Positions 11,030-23,514 of a stretch of DNA of 64,000 nt are shown one piece after another. Source of the DNA: Chiloscyllium plagiosum (Eukaryota); the NCBI RefSeq assembly GCF_004010195.1, contig NC_057718.1:58371704-58435703 (forward strand). The letters are read 5' to 3'. Position numbers and translations under genes: made by a program. A model generated the notes under the pieces. That model saw only the letters and a program-made list of their open reading frames with translations. It had not been told where the DNA came from and did not search any database. Position 1 is the first letter of the stretch, and each line of letters opens with the position of its first letter.

Positions 11030-13240
11030 TAAAGGCTACTATTGGAAACTAACTGGATTGAATACACATTTGAAAGATTAGCATTTGCAGAATCATTAAA
11101 CATGCCTAGCTTTGTATTCTTGAGGTCATCTTTGAATGGCAACTAAATTATGCATTTCTCCAGATGTTCAAAAAAAGTGTTCTATTTACCCTTAAGGTAA
11201 TTTTTGCTTTACCATGTTTTATTGGAGGATTTAACCACCCATCAAAATTAACATCTGGTCTGGCCTGAATGCCCAACCAATCATGTTTCACTATTACTCT
11301 GTCTTGATTGTGGCTTAAATATCTCATTTCTGTGATGACCTAGCATAATTAACCAGGATAGAAATGAAACTTTCTAAATAGGATAGTTAATTTAATCCTT
11401 TGTTTTTGGCCTTATCTGCTTGCTACCTTAATCAACACATTTAAAAGCTCTATGAATCTAATGTTCAATTTTGTTATCTCCTGATCTTATTGATAATACA
11501 TTTGTCAAATTCTACACTACTTTCTAAACAGAAATCATCAACATGTGTCAAGAAGATAAATGCTTGAATGATTTCCTTTATGAAATCAACAAACACCACA
11601 AGGTCAGCTTTTACTTGAACAATATTTTTAGCAAAACAGATCTCACTAAAAAAGATCAGACTTTGGAAGCATCAATCAAGGCAGACATTTTTGTTTAGTT
11701 TCCGTAGTTTTCATTCTGCAGCTGCCTCTTTGGAGGCTTCACAAACACTTCTCTCTGAATAGAATTATCCAGCAGGAGTGTAATTACTTATGTTGGTCGA
11801 ATTGCACTCCCATGGAAATGTGAATAAATGAGCCAAAGAAGAATTTTAAGATTATTTATCCAGTTGTGGGAGAGTCAGCTCCGACATTGGAATCACCAAT
11901 TAACTCTCAAAAATGCCCAGCTGCTAGCCTTATAAATCCCATCTGCAAAAATGTTTCAGTACATTTTCATCTGTGTGATAAGATGGTTGATCTTTATCAG
12001 TTATAGAGCCTTGCAGTCTAACAACATAGAAACAGATCCTTCGGTTTTAGACTAAACTCCAAACTTCCTCAAACTATTGAATATTCTTTTGTTTTGCCTC
12101 TATTTTTCATTTATCCTCAAAACTTTGAAAATTCCCTATCATGACGACTTCTGCTTCTTGTTTGAAGATCATTCTGTGACCTCCATCCTATTGGGTATTC
12201 TATTCTACTTGGCCTCTCATTTTTACATCTGCCAGGCTTTTGACTGAGAGATTGCATTTTTGTCTAATTCGGTGTTCTTTCTCCAATACATGACCTGGAT
12301 ATCTATCAGTACTTGTATTGTGCTGCTTTCCTCTTCTCCTTATCACAACATTCTGGCAGTCAATGGAACTCTCTTCTTGAACATAATCCTGAACATTGAA
12401 CAATATTTAAACTTTGCCATAGGTGTACATCCCATAATTTTCCCATTCCTTTGTAGAACATATGTTACCCAAGTTTCCACTTCATGATAGCTCTCTCCTG
12501 TGTTGTGATCACTCACATTGGCATTCTGCCAGTTTTGATCTATTGTTTTCTGTTCCTTAGGACTATTTGGGATGTAAGATGTTTCGCATTTAGCTGTTCA
12601 AAAATGTATTTTTGTAATTAATTCCAGTTTATCATAGTGTATAACTTGACAGATTGCAATATTTGATAAGTACTGCCTTTTCGGAGCTTTTCGTCCTCTG
12701 TGACACTCTCCTTTACAATACACCAAATCTCTAAAATTGAATTCTGTTTCAAATAGTCTTGCACAATTTCTCACCGCTCTCTGAAATTTTTTCTGATACC
12801 TTAGCGTTGCTGAAAGCCCATTTTTCTGCATGTAAAGCATTCAAATACAAAGAAAGAGTGGAGCAAATTGGAGTACCTTGTGGAGTAGGAAGAAAGCAAT
12901 TTTGCATTTTTGAAGGGGCCTATACCGTCAACTGATTTGGAGTTAATTCATTGAGTGAAGTATCCATTCCACGCAAGTACAGTTATCATCTAAGAGACTG
13001 ATTGACGAGATAAATTTATATACAGCATTGCTTCAATCATCGTATGATTCTTTTTACAGAGTCCAATACTTAACAAACTTTCAGCTACAGTATTTACGAC
13101 CATGATTGTCATGACCACAGATCATAGCCCTGGATTACTGTTCAAACTTCAATTCCAACATGTGATTTTTAAAAAGACTGATAAAGCTGTGGATATAAAT
13201 TCAGTAGTCATCTGGAGAGAGATTCAGAAATGTCAAACTG
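11030..13240 (-). mobile_element. Decayed Ty1/copia LTR retrotransposon pol (INT-RT-RNH order)
   Basis: INT: NTVAESLLSIGLCKKNHTMIEAMLYK (13020-13097). Linker: DLVYCKGE. RT: YKA.., ADSPT, QREVFVKPPK, LTHVDDF (HVDD at 11534-11545), WLGIQARPDVNFD. RNH: FNDSANANL (~11070-11100). Confidence 0.85.
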
Positions 13241-14119
13241 TCACATTAGGGAAAGTCAAATGGAAAGCCTAAAAAGGAAAAAAAGACAGGTTGACGAGCC
13301 AACCTCTCCTGAGCAGGGAGCCATGTCACACAGACATGTTTGTGTTTTTTTTTCTAGACATGTACAGAAAGTGTTAAAGTGAGTTCTGCGTGTGTTAGTG
13401 GTCTGAAGTCCTCGTCTTTTTAACACATGTTCATTTGGATCTGGAAAAATGATATCCACAAGGGAAGGCATCTCTTTGAAATTAACCTGATGGCAACCAT
13501 AGAAAGGGATGGGTGAGCAGCCAAAAGGAACCAGTTTACTGGGAGCTTAACAGTTTGAAGTATTTACTTCGTAACCAGAAGAAATTGGAGAATCTCACCA
13601 AGGGACTAGTCTAGTCCACAAATATCCTGCACAGAACTAGTCTAAAGGAAAGTGGGTATCTTTTTGCTGCTGTTCTAACAGATCACAAACACTTGCTGAC
13701 TGACATCAATCCTTTTATTGGTTCCTGGATCAATGTTACTCGTGATATATCTGGCATACAGACTAATGGCAGGTATCAGGTCTGGAAAGCCCAAAGAGAC
13801 AAATACATGTCTCCTACCCATCAGAACATGGCAGCTGCACACAGTGACACAGTGTGCTTCTGTGAAGGTGGCCAATCATCTAGCCTTAGGTGGGGAACTG
13901 CTGTAGATTCCAGCGATACAAATACATTCCCCATTCAGTTATATTGACGGAAGTGTATCATTGATGTCAGGAGTAGGGGTGAACATTCTTGATCTTCTAT
14001 CCTATCACACCTGTAGTAAATGAAACTGGAAATTAACCATCATTTGTGTAAAACCTTGATTCTGGATACTTTGATCCTGTCACCAGTAGTCATTTAAGGT
14101 TGGCACCTTTTACAGATTC

Positions 14120-14430
14120 ATAGATCCAGGTAAACCTTATGGGATTGATATAGTTGAATTATCTTTTCAAATTAGACATACAGAATGGAAAATAGGTGGG
14201 TAATCCTGATAGTAAAGGATGACATGAGGACGTTAGTAACAAAGAAGTTTGGCTTCAAAGATTACTAAGTAGGATCAATATGGATGGTGATTAGGAACAG
14301 CAAGGGTCAGAAAACAAAATTTAAATCCCTAACAGTGAAACAATTGGATAGAAGATTTAACAATAAATTGTTGAAATTTGTAACAAAGGCAAAATATTAA
14401 GTGTGAGTGGTTTTAACCTTCACTGAGAAA
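14120..14430 (+). mobile_element. Old CR1 endonuclease fragment
   Basis: Decayed GG.ILIVKD...SIWMVIRNSKGQKT...GFNLH motifs. Confidence 0.55.
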
Positions 14431-15971
14431 AAAACACTAGAAGTATTGTCATATTAACCCAAAAAACCTCAAAGGAAAATGTAAAGGAACTAAATCAAAA
14501 TATATTGGGAGGGGATAAAATATAGCCCAGCCCCCACAGTGGCCCTATACGCTTCATGGGTGCTGGTCAACCACCATGTGCTCCTTCTTCAAGCACTCCC
14601 AGGTGCAGATGTAACCATGGGAGAGAGGCAGTAGTTGAGAGTTATACCCCTTCCACAGGCCACAGACTGGAACGACTAATGACTAATCTAACCAAGCCCA
14701 GGAGCAGTCCTTTGACAGCCCATTTCTTTTTGCACAGTATGTCCTAAGATCAGGAACATCGGGCTGAGATACAATCAAATTTTTTTTTCTAAAGGGGTGC
14801 AACCTCTCACAACGCATATGCGGTTCACAGATTTCACAGCACTGCAAAATACAGAGTTGGTTGGGGTCCCACAAACCTCCTTAATCAGTGTTGCATGGGA
14901 CTGCTGCATACAACATCCTCTACCCCAGGTCCTCAATGGAAAGCAGGAGGATTTTCATGCAGAGGGCCCTCTGTATGACCGCTACTGCCCAGCAGTGGAT
15001 GAAGGTGATAAAGTAGAGGGTGAGCAGCAACAGCCTCCATAGGAAAGTCTTCAGTGCCATATGGAAAAGCACACAATATTTTATTCCGTAAATAATTCAG
15101 CTCTATTTTAATAAAGAACTCAGCTATTTTTTGTTTATAAATTATAAACATTGCCCACCAGACCAAAATCAAACCACAAAGGGGAAAAAAGATAGCACAC
15201 TCAATCAAATGGTCCGATTGGAAAAGATATTGCCCACCTATCCTATTGTCTTCAGGATAACCAATGGACATGGCATGATACTTTTCCAATAATATTCAGG
15301 CACAATCCTAACCATGCAAGAGAGGTAGGCAGGTGCAGGAACAGGCCAGAAATCAAATTTTTAAAATTTATTTTATGAACCCAAAGCAATTTGTCTAATA
15401 ACCCATTTAGCAATGAGCAACAAACAGCCACTGCCCACTAGGGACCTGTTGATGGCCACTTTAGCCAAGCCCGTTTTGTATTAAAAACATTTTGGTAAAA
15501 TGCACCACCAATTTATCTAATCACCCAATCAACAATGATCAAACCTTGCCCAGCAGCAGTGCTGTAACAATTATAGAACACAAAAACATGGAGGAAGCAA
15601 GGGAGGCAACTGAATCAAAATGGAGTTGGTGGGGAAAATAATGCACCTCAGTCCCTACGGTGCCAAACTCCCATGAAAAGCTTTGAGACTGCTCCCGGAC
15701 ACCGCATGCTCCCTCTCCAAAGACATCCACTCATGAATATAACTGTGGGAGAGAGGCAGGTTATTGGGATTTTCAGCCCACTGCCTGAATCTGTTCACAG
15801 GCATTTTAGTCAGGCCCAGGAGCAGGTCAGAACACAGCTCTTTTACTTATTAATCCACCACCAAACCACCCAATTGAGACCCCATCTCCTTCCTCTTTTT
15901 TTTTTCATTCAGAGATGTCATTACACACCTCTGGAATCCAGCTTCTAAAGTCCAAAGAGCTTAACTTACTA

Positions 15972-16340
15972 TCATAGAATCCTTATAGCGCACAACAAGG
16001 CCATTCAGCCCATCAAATCTGCACCAACCCTCTCAATAACATCCCACCCTATCCCTGTATTTTTAACCATAGTTAATCCACCTAGCCTTCACATTATGGG
16101 GCAATTTAGCATTGACAGTCCAGCACGGCCGAAGGGCCTGTTTCCACACTGTAAGTAATCTAATCTAATCTAATCTAATCTAATCTAATCATTGTCAGTG
16201 CACATCTTTGGACTGTGGGAGGAAGCCCACGCAGACACGGGGAGAATGTACCGACACAGACGGTCACCTGAGGGTAGAATCGAACCCAGGTCCTGGGTGC
16301 TGTGAGGCAGCCGTGCTAACCACTGAGTTATCATACCATC
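15972..16340 (-). mobile_element. HE1-type SINE with a nested opposite-strand HE1 3' tail (16127-16190)
   Basis: tRNA head (gggttcgattc; cagtggttagcac) at right end. Nested ggccgaagggcctgtttccacactgtaag(taatc)7 lies between imperfect cattg(a/t)cagt repeats. Confidence 0.85.
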
Positions 16341-17468
16341 CTTCATGCAACTCTGGAACTGTTTTGGTTTATCATTAAAACTTCCTGCATTTTCTAACAC
16401 TGACAGTACCACGTCATGATTATCTGCAAAGCTGGATCTGTTACAGTCAGCCCCATGCTGTACAGATTATCTCCACCATTGGAGTCAAAAGCTGCCAATC
16501 TGTTTGTTCACCACTGGCTTTTGCTTGTTTCCATTGCATTCCATTTAGTTCTGAATTTTTGTGTTTCAATTGAAATAGACCACTCTTGTCATAATTCTGG
16601 ACCAGAATATCGAGTACTTCAGTAACTTGACTGTTGATGCCTGCATCCTTTCATGAAAGCAAATATTATTACTACTTTTCTACTCAGAATAAGAACGTAA
16701 CTCTGTTCTATCTTACAGTATTGATGTGCTGACATTCTGAATTGTCCATGTTTGCTGCTTGAGCATTGGTTGCGATTTAGAACAAAGAAGCAGCAAAATC
16801 AACATGAGGAAGAATGACACTACAAATCGATCAGCACTTCCAGCAACAGCCACCTTTCATTGAACCTCAATATTGATATCACTTTACCCTGCTGATAATT
16901 TTGTAGATCTGTCAAAAACTGTCTCGGGTAAATGCCAAAGTGCAACTATCACAGCCCTATGCTTTTTGATTTATTCTGAAAATGGGAGGCATTTGTTTGG
17001 CTTCAGGATAATTTCTTGAAACTTCACACACATCTACGGATATTTGTGAAAAGCAGCAAATAACAAGAGTCAGGTCATAGAATCATAGGTCATCATATCA
17101 GTAAGAAATTTCAGGAAAGGTCCTGATACAATCTGGTTCCATGCTCTTCAGTACAGGATTACCATGATGCATTTCCAAGGCTTATCACACTCAGACTTTG
17201 GGAAGACGCCAATTTAAGAAACAGCCCTGGGATCTCAAAAGCACAGAAGGGGTTGTTGCAGTAAATGGGAACTGAATAAAGGGCACTGTGTATATCCAGT
17301 GGATGATCCAATATTGTCGGTTTTGCACAATTCTCCAAATCAAATTTCTACTTTCTATTATAGATTTACTGAAGGATTATGTTCATGTTGTCAAAGCTTC
17401 ATATCATTTAGAACAACAATTTAGTATAACAGACCAGGTTTAAGTAAAATGGTAAACACAATACTTAC

Positions 17469-17603
17469 TATCTTGCTTCCCATAACATGCTATCAGTAAA
17501 AGCTTGGATTCATATCAGGTGGGTCATCTTTGAAATCAGCCAAGTCCACACTTCATATACATTTATGAACCCCGTTTACATTTTCACGTGGTCGAAGGTT
17601 ACT
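17469..17603 (-). other. Candidate non-coding/5'UTR exon (135 nt)
   Basis: Acceptor cctaatttgcttctctttcag and donor gtaagta are both near consensus; stops in all three frames. Confidence 0.35.
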
Positions 17604-17849
17604 CTGAAAGAGAAGCAAATTAGGACTCCATGCCTCAGCAAAATAGGTGAATGTGAGTAAACATAAAAAAACTTCTATTTAATAACTTGTTTATGAACAA
17701 CAGATGGAGGAAATACTATCAAATTATTGACATCTTTATAAACTCAAAATTGTGGGAACCCTAACTTGTTAAAATACAATTTCATTCTTTCTCTTTTTAT
17801 TTACTATCACATTGCCTTTTCAAGTTTCAAGTTCTGTCCCTGTTGCATC

Positions 17850-20800
17850 GAAGGGAAGGAGTGAAAGGAATAGAGTGTTAATCTTTGGGGACTCAATAGC
17901 TAGAGGGCCAGATAGAAGGTTTGTTGGGAACAAACGAGACACATGGTTGGTGTATTGCCTCCAGGTGCCAGGGTCCATGATGTCTCGGATCATGTCTTTG
18001 GGGTCCTAAAGGTAGAGGGTGTCCAGCTCCAAATCGTGGTCCACGTAGATACCAATGACATAGGTAGAAAGAGGGATAGGGATGTAAGGCAGGATTTCAG
18101 GGAGCTAGGGTGGAAGCTGAGAGTGAGAACAAACAGAGTTGTTATCTCTGGTTTGTTACCTGTGATTGTGAGGCAAGGAATAGGGAGAGATATCAGCTGA
18201 ACACGTGCTGCAGGGATGGTGCAGGAGGGAGGGTTTCAGGTACTTGGATAATTGGGGCTCATTCTGGGGAAGGTGGGACCTCTACAAACAGAATGGTCTT
18301 CATCTGAACTAGAGGAGTACTGACATCCTGGGTGGGAAATATGCTGGTGCTATTTGAGTGGGTTTAAACTAGCTCAGCAGGGGAGTGGGAACCTGAGGTG
18401 TAGTTCCAGTGCACAGGAGGATGAGACTAGGGAGGGCATGGACAGGATTTCATGGTCACAGGAATGCGCTGGCAGACAGCAAGCTGGTTTGAAGTGTGTC
18501 AATTTCAACACCAGAAGTATCCAGAATAAGGTGGGTGAGCTTGCAGCATGGATAGGTACCTGAGACTTCGATGTTATGGCCATTTTGGAGACATGGATAC
18601 AGCAGAGTCAGGAATGGAGGTTGCAGATTCCAGGGTTTAGATCATTCATTAAGAACAGGCAAGGCAGTAAAAGAGGGGAGGTGTGGCCTTGTTAGTCAAG
18701 GATAGTATAAAGGCAGCTGAAAGAACTTTTGACGAGGACTTGTCGACTGAGGTAGTATGGACTGAGGTTAGAAACAGGGGAGGAGAGGTCATAATGCCGG
18801 GAGTTTTTTATAGGCTTCCGCAGAGTTCCAGGGAGATGAGGAGAGGATTGGGAAAATGATTCTGGATAGGAGTGAAAGGAAAAGGGTGATCATTGTGGTG
18901 GATTTTAACTTCCCCAACATTGACTGGAAATGCTGTAACTTTAGTACGTCGGATGGATGAGTTTTTATCCAATGTATGCAGAAGGGTTTCCTGACACAGT
19001 ATGTCGAAGGACCGACAAGAGGGGAGGCCATACTGCTTTTGGTGCTTGGCAAAGAACCAGGCCAGGTGTTTGATTTAGTATAGATGAGCACTTTGGAGAG
19101 AATGATCATTATTCGATTATGTCTAGTTTAGCGACGGAAAGGGATAGGTATATGCCGCAGGGCAAGAGTTATCGATGGGGCAAGGGGAATTATAATTCGA
19201 TTAGGCAAGACTAAGGATGCATAGAATGGGGTGGCAAAATGCAGGGGATGGGGACAATCGAAATGTGGAGCTGTTTTAAGGAACAGATATTACGTGTCCT
19301 TGATAGGTATGTCCCTGTCAGGCAGGGAGGAAGTGATAAGTTAAGGGAACCGTGGTTTACACAAAATTGCATTTCTTGTTAAATGGAAGAGGGAGGCATA
19401 TGTGACGGTGAGACAAAATAGTTCAGATGAGGCGATGGAGAGTTAGAGTAGCTCGGAAGGATTTAAAGAGAGAGTTAAGAAGAGCAAAGATAGGCCATGA
19501 GCAGCCTTTAGCAGTAGAATAAAGGAGAAGCCTGCAGTTTTCTATAGGTATGTGAGGAATAAAAGGATGACTAGGGTAGGAATAGGGCCAGTCAAAGGCA
19601 GAAGTGGGAAGTTGTGTGTGGACCCTGTGGAGATTAGAGAGGTGCTAAACGAATATTTCTCATCGGTTTTCACTCAGGAAAAGGATAATATTGTAGAGGA
19701 GAAGACGAAGATGTGAGATATTGGACTAGAAAGGATCGAGGTTAGTAAGGAAGAGATGTTATCAATTCGAGAAGGGGTGAAAGTAGACAAGTCTCCTGGG
19801 CTGGATGAGATTTATCCAAGGATTCTTTGGGAGGTTAGGGAGGCGATGGCGGAGCCTTTGGCTTTGATATTCGAGTCATCATTGTCTACAGGTTTATTAC
19901 CAGAGGACTGGAGGATTGCAAATATTGTGCACTTGTTCAAGAAGGGCAGTAGAGATGACCCAGATAATTATAGACCAGTGAGTCTTATGTCTGTTGTAGG
20001 AAATGTTTTGGAAAGGATTATAAGAGATAGATTATAATCATCTAGCAAGCAACAATTTGATTGCAGATAGTCAACATGGTTTTGTCAAGGGCAGGTCATG
20101 TCTCACAAATCTCATTGAGTTTTTCGAGAAGGTGACCAAGCATAAAGATGAGGGTAGGGCAGGTGATGTAGTGTACATGGACTTCAGTAAAGCCTTTGAT
20201 AAGGTTCCACATGGTAGGCTATTGGAGAAAATGCAAAGGCATGTGAATGAGGGTGATTTAGCAGTTTGGATTAGAAACTAGCTTTCTGAAAGAAGGCAGT
20301 GAGTGGTGAATGATGAAAAATATTCAGCCTGGAGTCCAGTTACTAGTGATGTGCTACAAGGATCTGTTTTGGGACCACTGCTATTTGTCATTTTTATCAA
20401 TGACTTAAACACAGGTATAGGTGGATGGATTAGTAAATTTGCAGATGACACCAAAGTCAGTTGAGTCGTGGACAATTTGGAAGAATGTTGCAGGGGGACT
20501 TGGATAAGTTGCAGAATTGGGCTGAAAGATAGCAAATAGAGTTCAATGCAGCTGAATGTGAGGTGATTCACTTTGGGAAGAATAACAGGATGGCAGAGTA
20601 CTGGGACAATGGAAAGATTCTTTGTAGTGTGGATGTGCAGAGGGATCTTGGATCCATGGATCCCTGAAAGTTACCACCCAGGTTGATAGTGCTGTTAAGA
20701 AGGCATACAGTTTGTTATGTTTTATTGGTCGAGGGATTGAGTTCCGGAGCCATAATGTCAAGCTGCAACTATACAAAACACCAGTGCGGCCACACTTGGA

Positions 20801-21302
20801 ATATTGTGTACAGTTCTGGTCGCCCCATTACATGTGGAAGCATTGGAAAAGGTGCAGAAGAGATTTACCAAGATGTTGCCTGGTCTGGAGGGAAGGTCTC
20901 TTGAGGAAAGGCTGAGAGACTTGGGTCTGTTCTCATTGGAGAGAAGAAGGCTAAGAGGCGATTTAATAGAGACATATAAGATGATCAGAGGATTAGATAG
21001 GATAGACAGCGAAAGTCTTTTTCCTAGGATGATGACGTCAGTTTGTACGAGGGGGTATAAATACAAACTGAGGGGTGATAGATTTAAGACAGATTTCAAA
21101 GGCAGGTTCTTTACTCAGAGATTGGTAAGGGCGTGGATTGCCCTGCCTTCCACATTAGGGAGATTTAAACAATCCTGGGATAAGCACATGGATGCTGATG
21201 GGATAGTGTAGGGGGATGAGCTTAGATTAGTTCACAGGTCAGTGCAACTTTGAGGGCCAAAGGGCCTGTACTGCGCTGTATTGTTCTGTATTCTATGTTC
21301 TA
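17850..21302 (+). mobile_element. Near full-length CR1 LINE (ORF1 esterase part, ORF2 EN-RT, 3' UTR), inactivated
   Basis: ORF1: IFGDSI, LPPGARV, HVDTND. ORF2: NTRSIQNK, KSPGLDEI, NYRPVSL, QHGF, YMDFSKAFDKVPH, FADDTK, RPHLEYC. Many stops; ttctatgttcta tail. Confidence 0.97.
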
Positions 21303-22085
21303 AGTTGTTACATAGATTAGTATTGCTCATTTAAAGCCTGAATTTTAATTATGTGGAACTCTGTTTTCTTTCCATGTGGTAGATGTTACACTTTCCTGTT
21401 GCCAGCTGCAAAAGAAAGGCTCCTAAACAAATTCCCCAACTCGATGTCAGAGTTGGAGACATACTTCTGATTCAATACGGTTAGCTGGAATAATTGAGAA
21501 ATTATGAAGATTAAAACTTATTCTGTCTCCTGGATAATATTGAATCTCCCTTCCCCAACTCCAACCCCAGTGGCTCACACTTTCCAGTACAACTGATAGC
21601 AGACCACTTCCATGGATACCCAACTTTTCTCAAACTCCTCCCTGGAAGTGATCTGACTTCCCCCTAATCTTGTCTGACTACTGATATCCAGCCAAGCTTG
21701 GACCAGACCTTGCCAGTCTGCACTGGACCCAAATCCAACTTCACCAACAAGGTCCAGATTATATTTGCTACCTTTCCCTCCTGCTCTGATCCCAACCTGT
21801 TCCTGACCCAAATCTCCATCCTCTGGGGCCTGACCCTAATTACACACCCCACCCCCACACACTCTGGGTGTGGCTGGACTCTCACCAGCTCCACTTCCTT
21901 ATGTGACTCCTCTCTGACCACATAAGCCAACCGTCCATCCAACCTGACTGGACCTCAACCTTCATATCTGCTCATCCATCCTGACCACAGTACCCAACTT
22001 GCTTACCCTGTCACATATGCCAACCTGCCGCCCCTTCAACCTACTCACCAACTCCAGACATCCTACCTTGGCACCATATACCTTG

Positions 22086-22425
22086 GAGGAGAAAGTGAGG
22101 ACTGCAGATGCTGGAGATCAGAGCTGAAAATGTGTTGCTGGAAAAGCGCAGCAGGTCAGGCAGCATCCAAGGAGCAGGTGAATCGACGTTTCGGGCATGA
22201 GCCCTTCTTCAGAGCTGGTGAGAGTCCAGCCACACCCAGAGTGTGTGGGGGTGGGGTGTGTAATTAGAGCCAGGCCCCAGAGGATGGAGATTTGGGTCAG
22301 GAACAGGTTGGGCTCATGCCTGAAACGTCGATTCTCCTGCTCCTTCGATGCTGCCTGACCTGCTGCGTTTTTCCAGCAACACATTTTCAGCTCTGATCTC
22401 CAGCATCTACAGTCCTCACTTTCTC
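22086..22425. mobile_element. PLE-derived palindromic mini-element with captured flank DNA
   Basis: Arms 22086-22212 and 22310-22425 are inverted. TSD caccatataccttg at 22072-22085 and 22426-22439. Confidence 0.9.
22185..22212 (-). ncRNA. Minimal hammerhead motif
   Basis: CUGAAGA-A-GGGC(UCAU)GCCC-GAAAC-GUC. Confidence 0.65.
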
Positions 22426-22599
22426 CACCATATACCTTGCCACCCTTACTTGACCCTTACTTGACTCTCAGTAATTTAGGAATACGCTGAAAAGCTGTTT
22501 CAGTGTAGCAAAGCTGCTCAGTGTGATAATGAATGAACACACCAACATACACCACTTAATGCTCTAAACAAAACAAGCTTTCCCCAACTGTCAGACACA

Positions 22600-22850
22600 A
22601 GGGACAGATATTCCGATAGCCTGATAGTCGTCGGAGTAGCGTAGACTGGAGTTTTGTGTTGGGACCACACGGATGCAAATTGCCTGGGAAATCCAAGATT
22701 CCGATGGACAATTCTGCTCCTCCGAAAGGAACCTTAAACTTGAAGGATTCTGACTCACTTAAGATAGGGCACTCGATGTTGTGTTGGACGAGGCCCACTG
22801 CCGCCGCCATTTTGAGTCTTGGTGCTCCCGTCGCGTGAGCAGCATCAGCT
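22600..22850 (-). promoter_or_regulatory. CpG-rich promoter-like segment with YY1 motif and candidate first exon
   Basis: Many CpGs relative to flanks. GCCGCCATTTTG at about 22803-22814 (AAAATGGCGGC on minus). Octamer ATGCAAAT at 22673-22680. Donor AA|GTGAGT at 22759/22758. Confidence 0.4.
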
Positions 22851-23514
22851 GCATGGTCAGTCAGGTTTTAATTTTTAAATGTTTCAACCATAAGTCCAAA
22901 CACATCATCACCAATGTGCCTGTTATCACTTTAAATAATGTTTATTTAACTTGACAGTCCAATATTCCTTCTGAAGTTTGAATCAGCCAAAATATTTCTT
23001 TGCGTTTTCATAGAATCCCCGATTAATTACTTAAAGTAGCCACCAAACTCGAGCAGCGATGGGTTAAAGGGGCAAATTCGAACCACTACTGAAAATACAG
23101 GTTAGTCCAATTATCAATTTTAAAGATGGGAGAAGGATAACACTGCAATATATTTTCAGGAGAGGTTTTCACAAGAATGTGGTGCCCATTGATGATGGAG
23201 CAGACCAAGTGAGGAAAAAAACAGTAATATATGATTAGCGGCAGATAGTACGACAGGGATAAATAGTGGGAAACCTACTACATCGGATGGTGTAGCATCA
23301 CAACAGGGATTAATATCAAAAAGATGGACTGGATTTTCGTGGAGGAGGCTGGAAGACCACGTTGGGAAACTTGACTATTCAGTAGTCCCAGCTTCTTTCG
23401 AAAGGCTCCAAACCACGATATTTCCATTCTCGGAAGACAGGTTTGGCCCAAGGTGGCAATGGAAGTGGACAGATTGCAAATCCAACAGGCTAGAGTTGTG
23501 TCGGCAAATAAGGT

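Noticed and set aside
13675..13947. Overlapping short ORFs next to the copia relic
   Set aside because: No gag, protease or host-protein motifs recognisable.
17065..17340. LRRCT-like YCNNPFC peptide on the minus strand
   Set aside because: Short, lacks the remaining cysteines, and runs into a ctatgattctatga retroposon tail.
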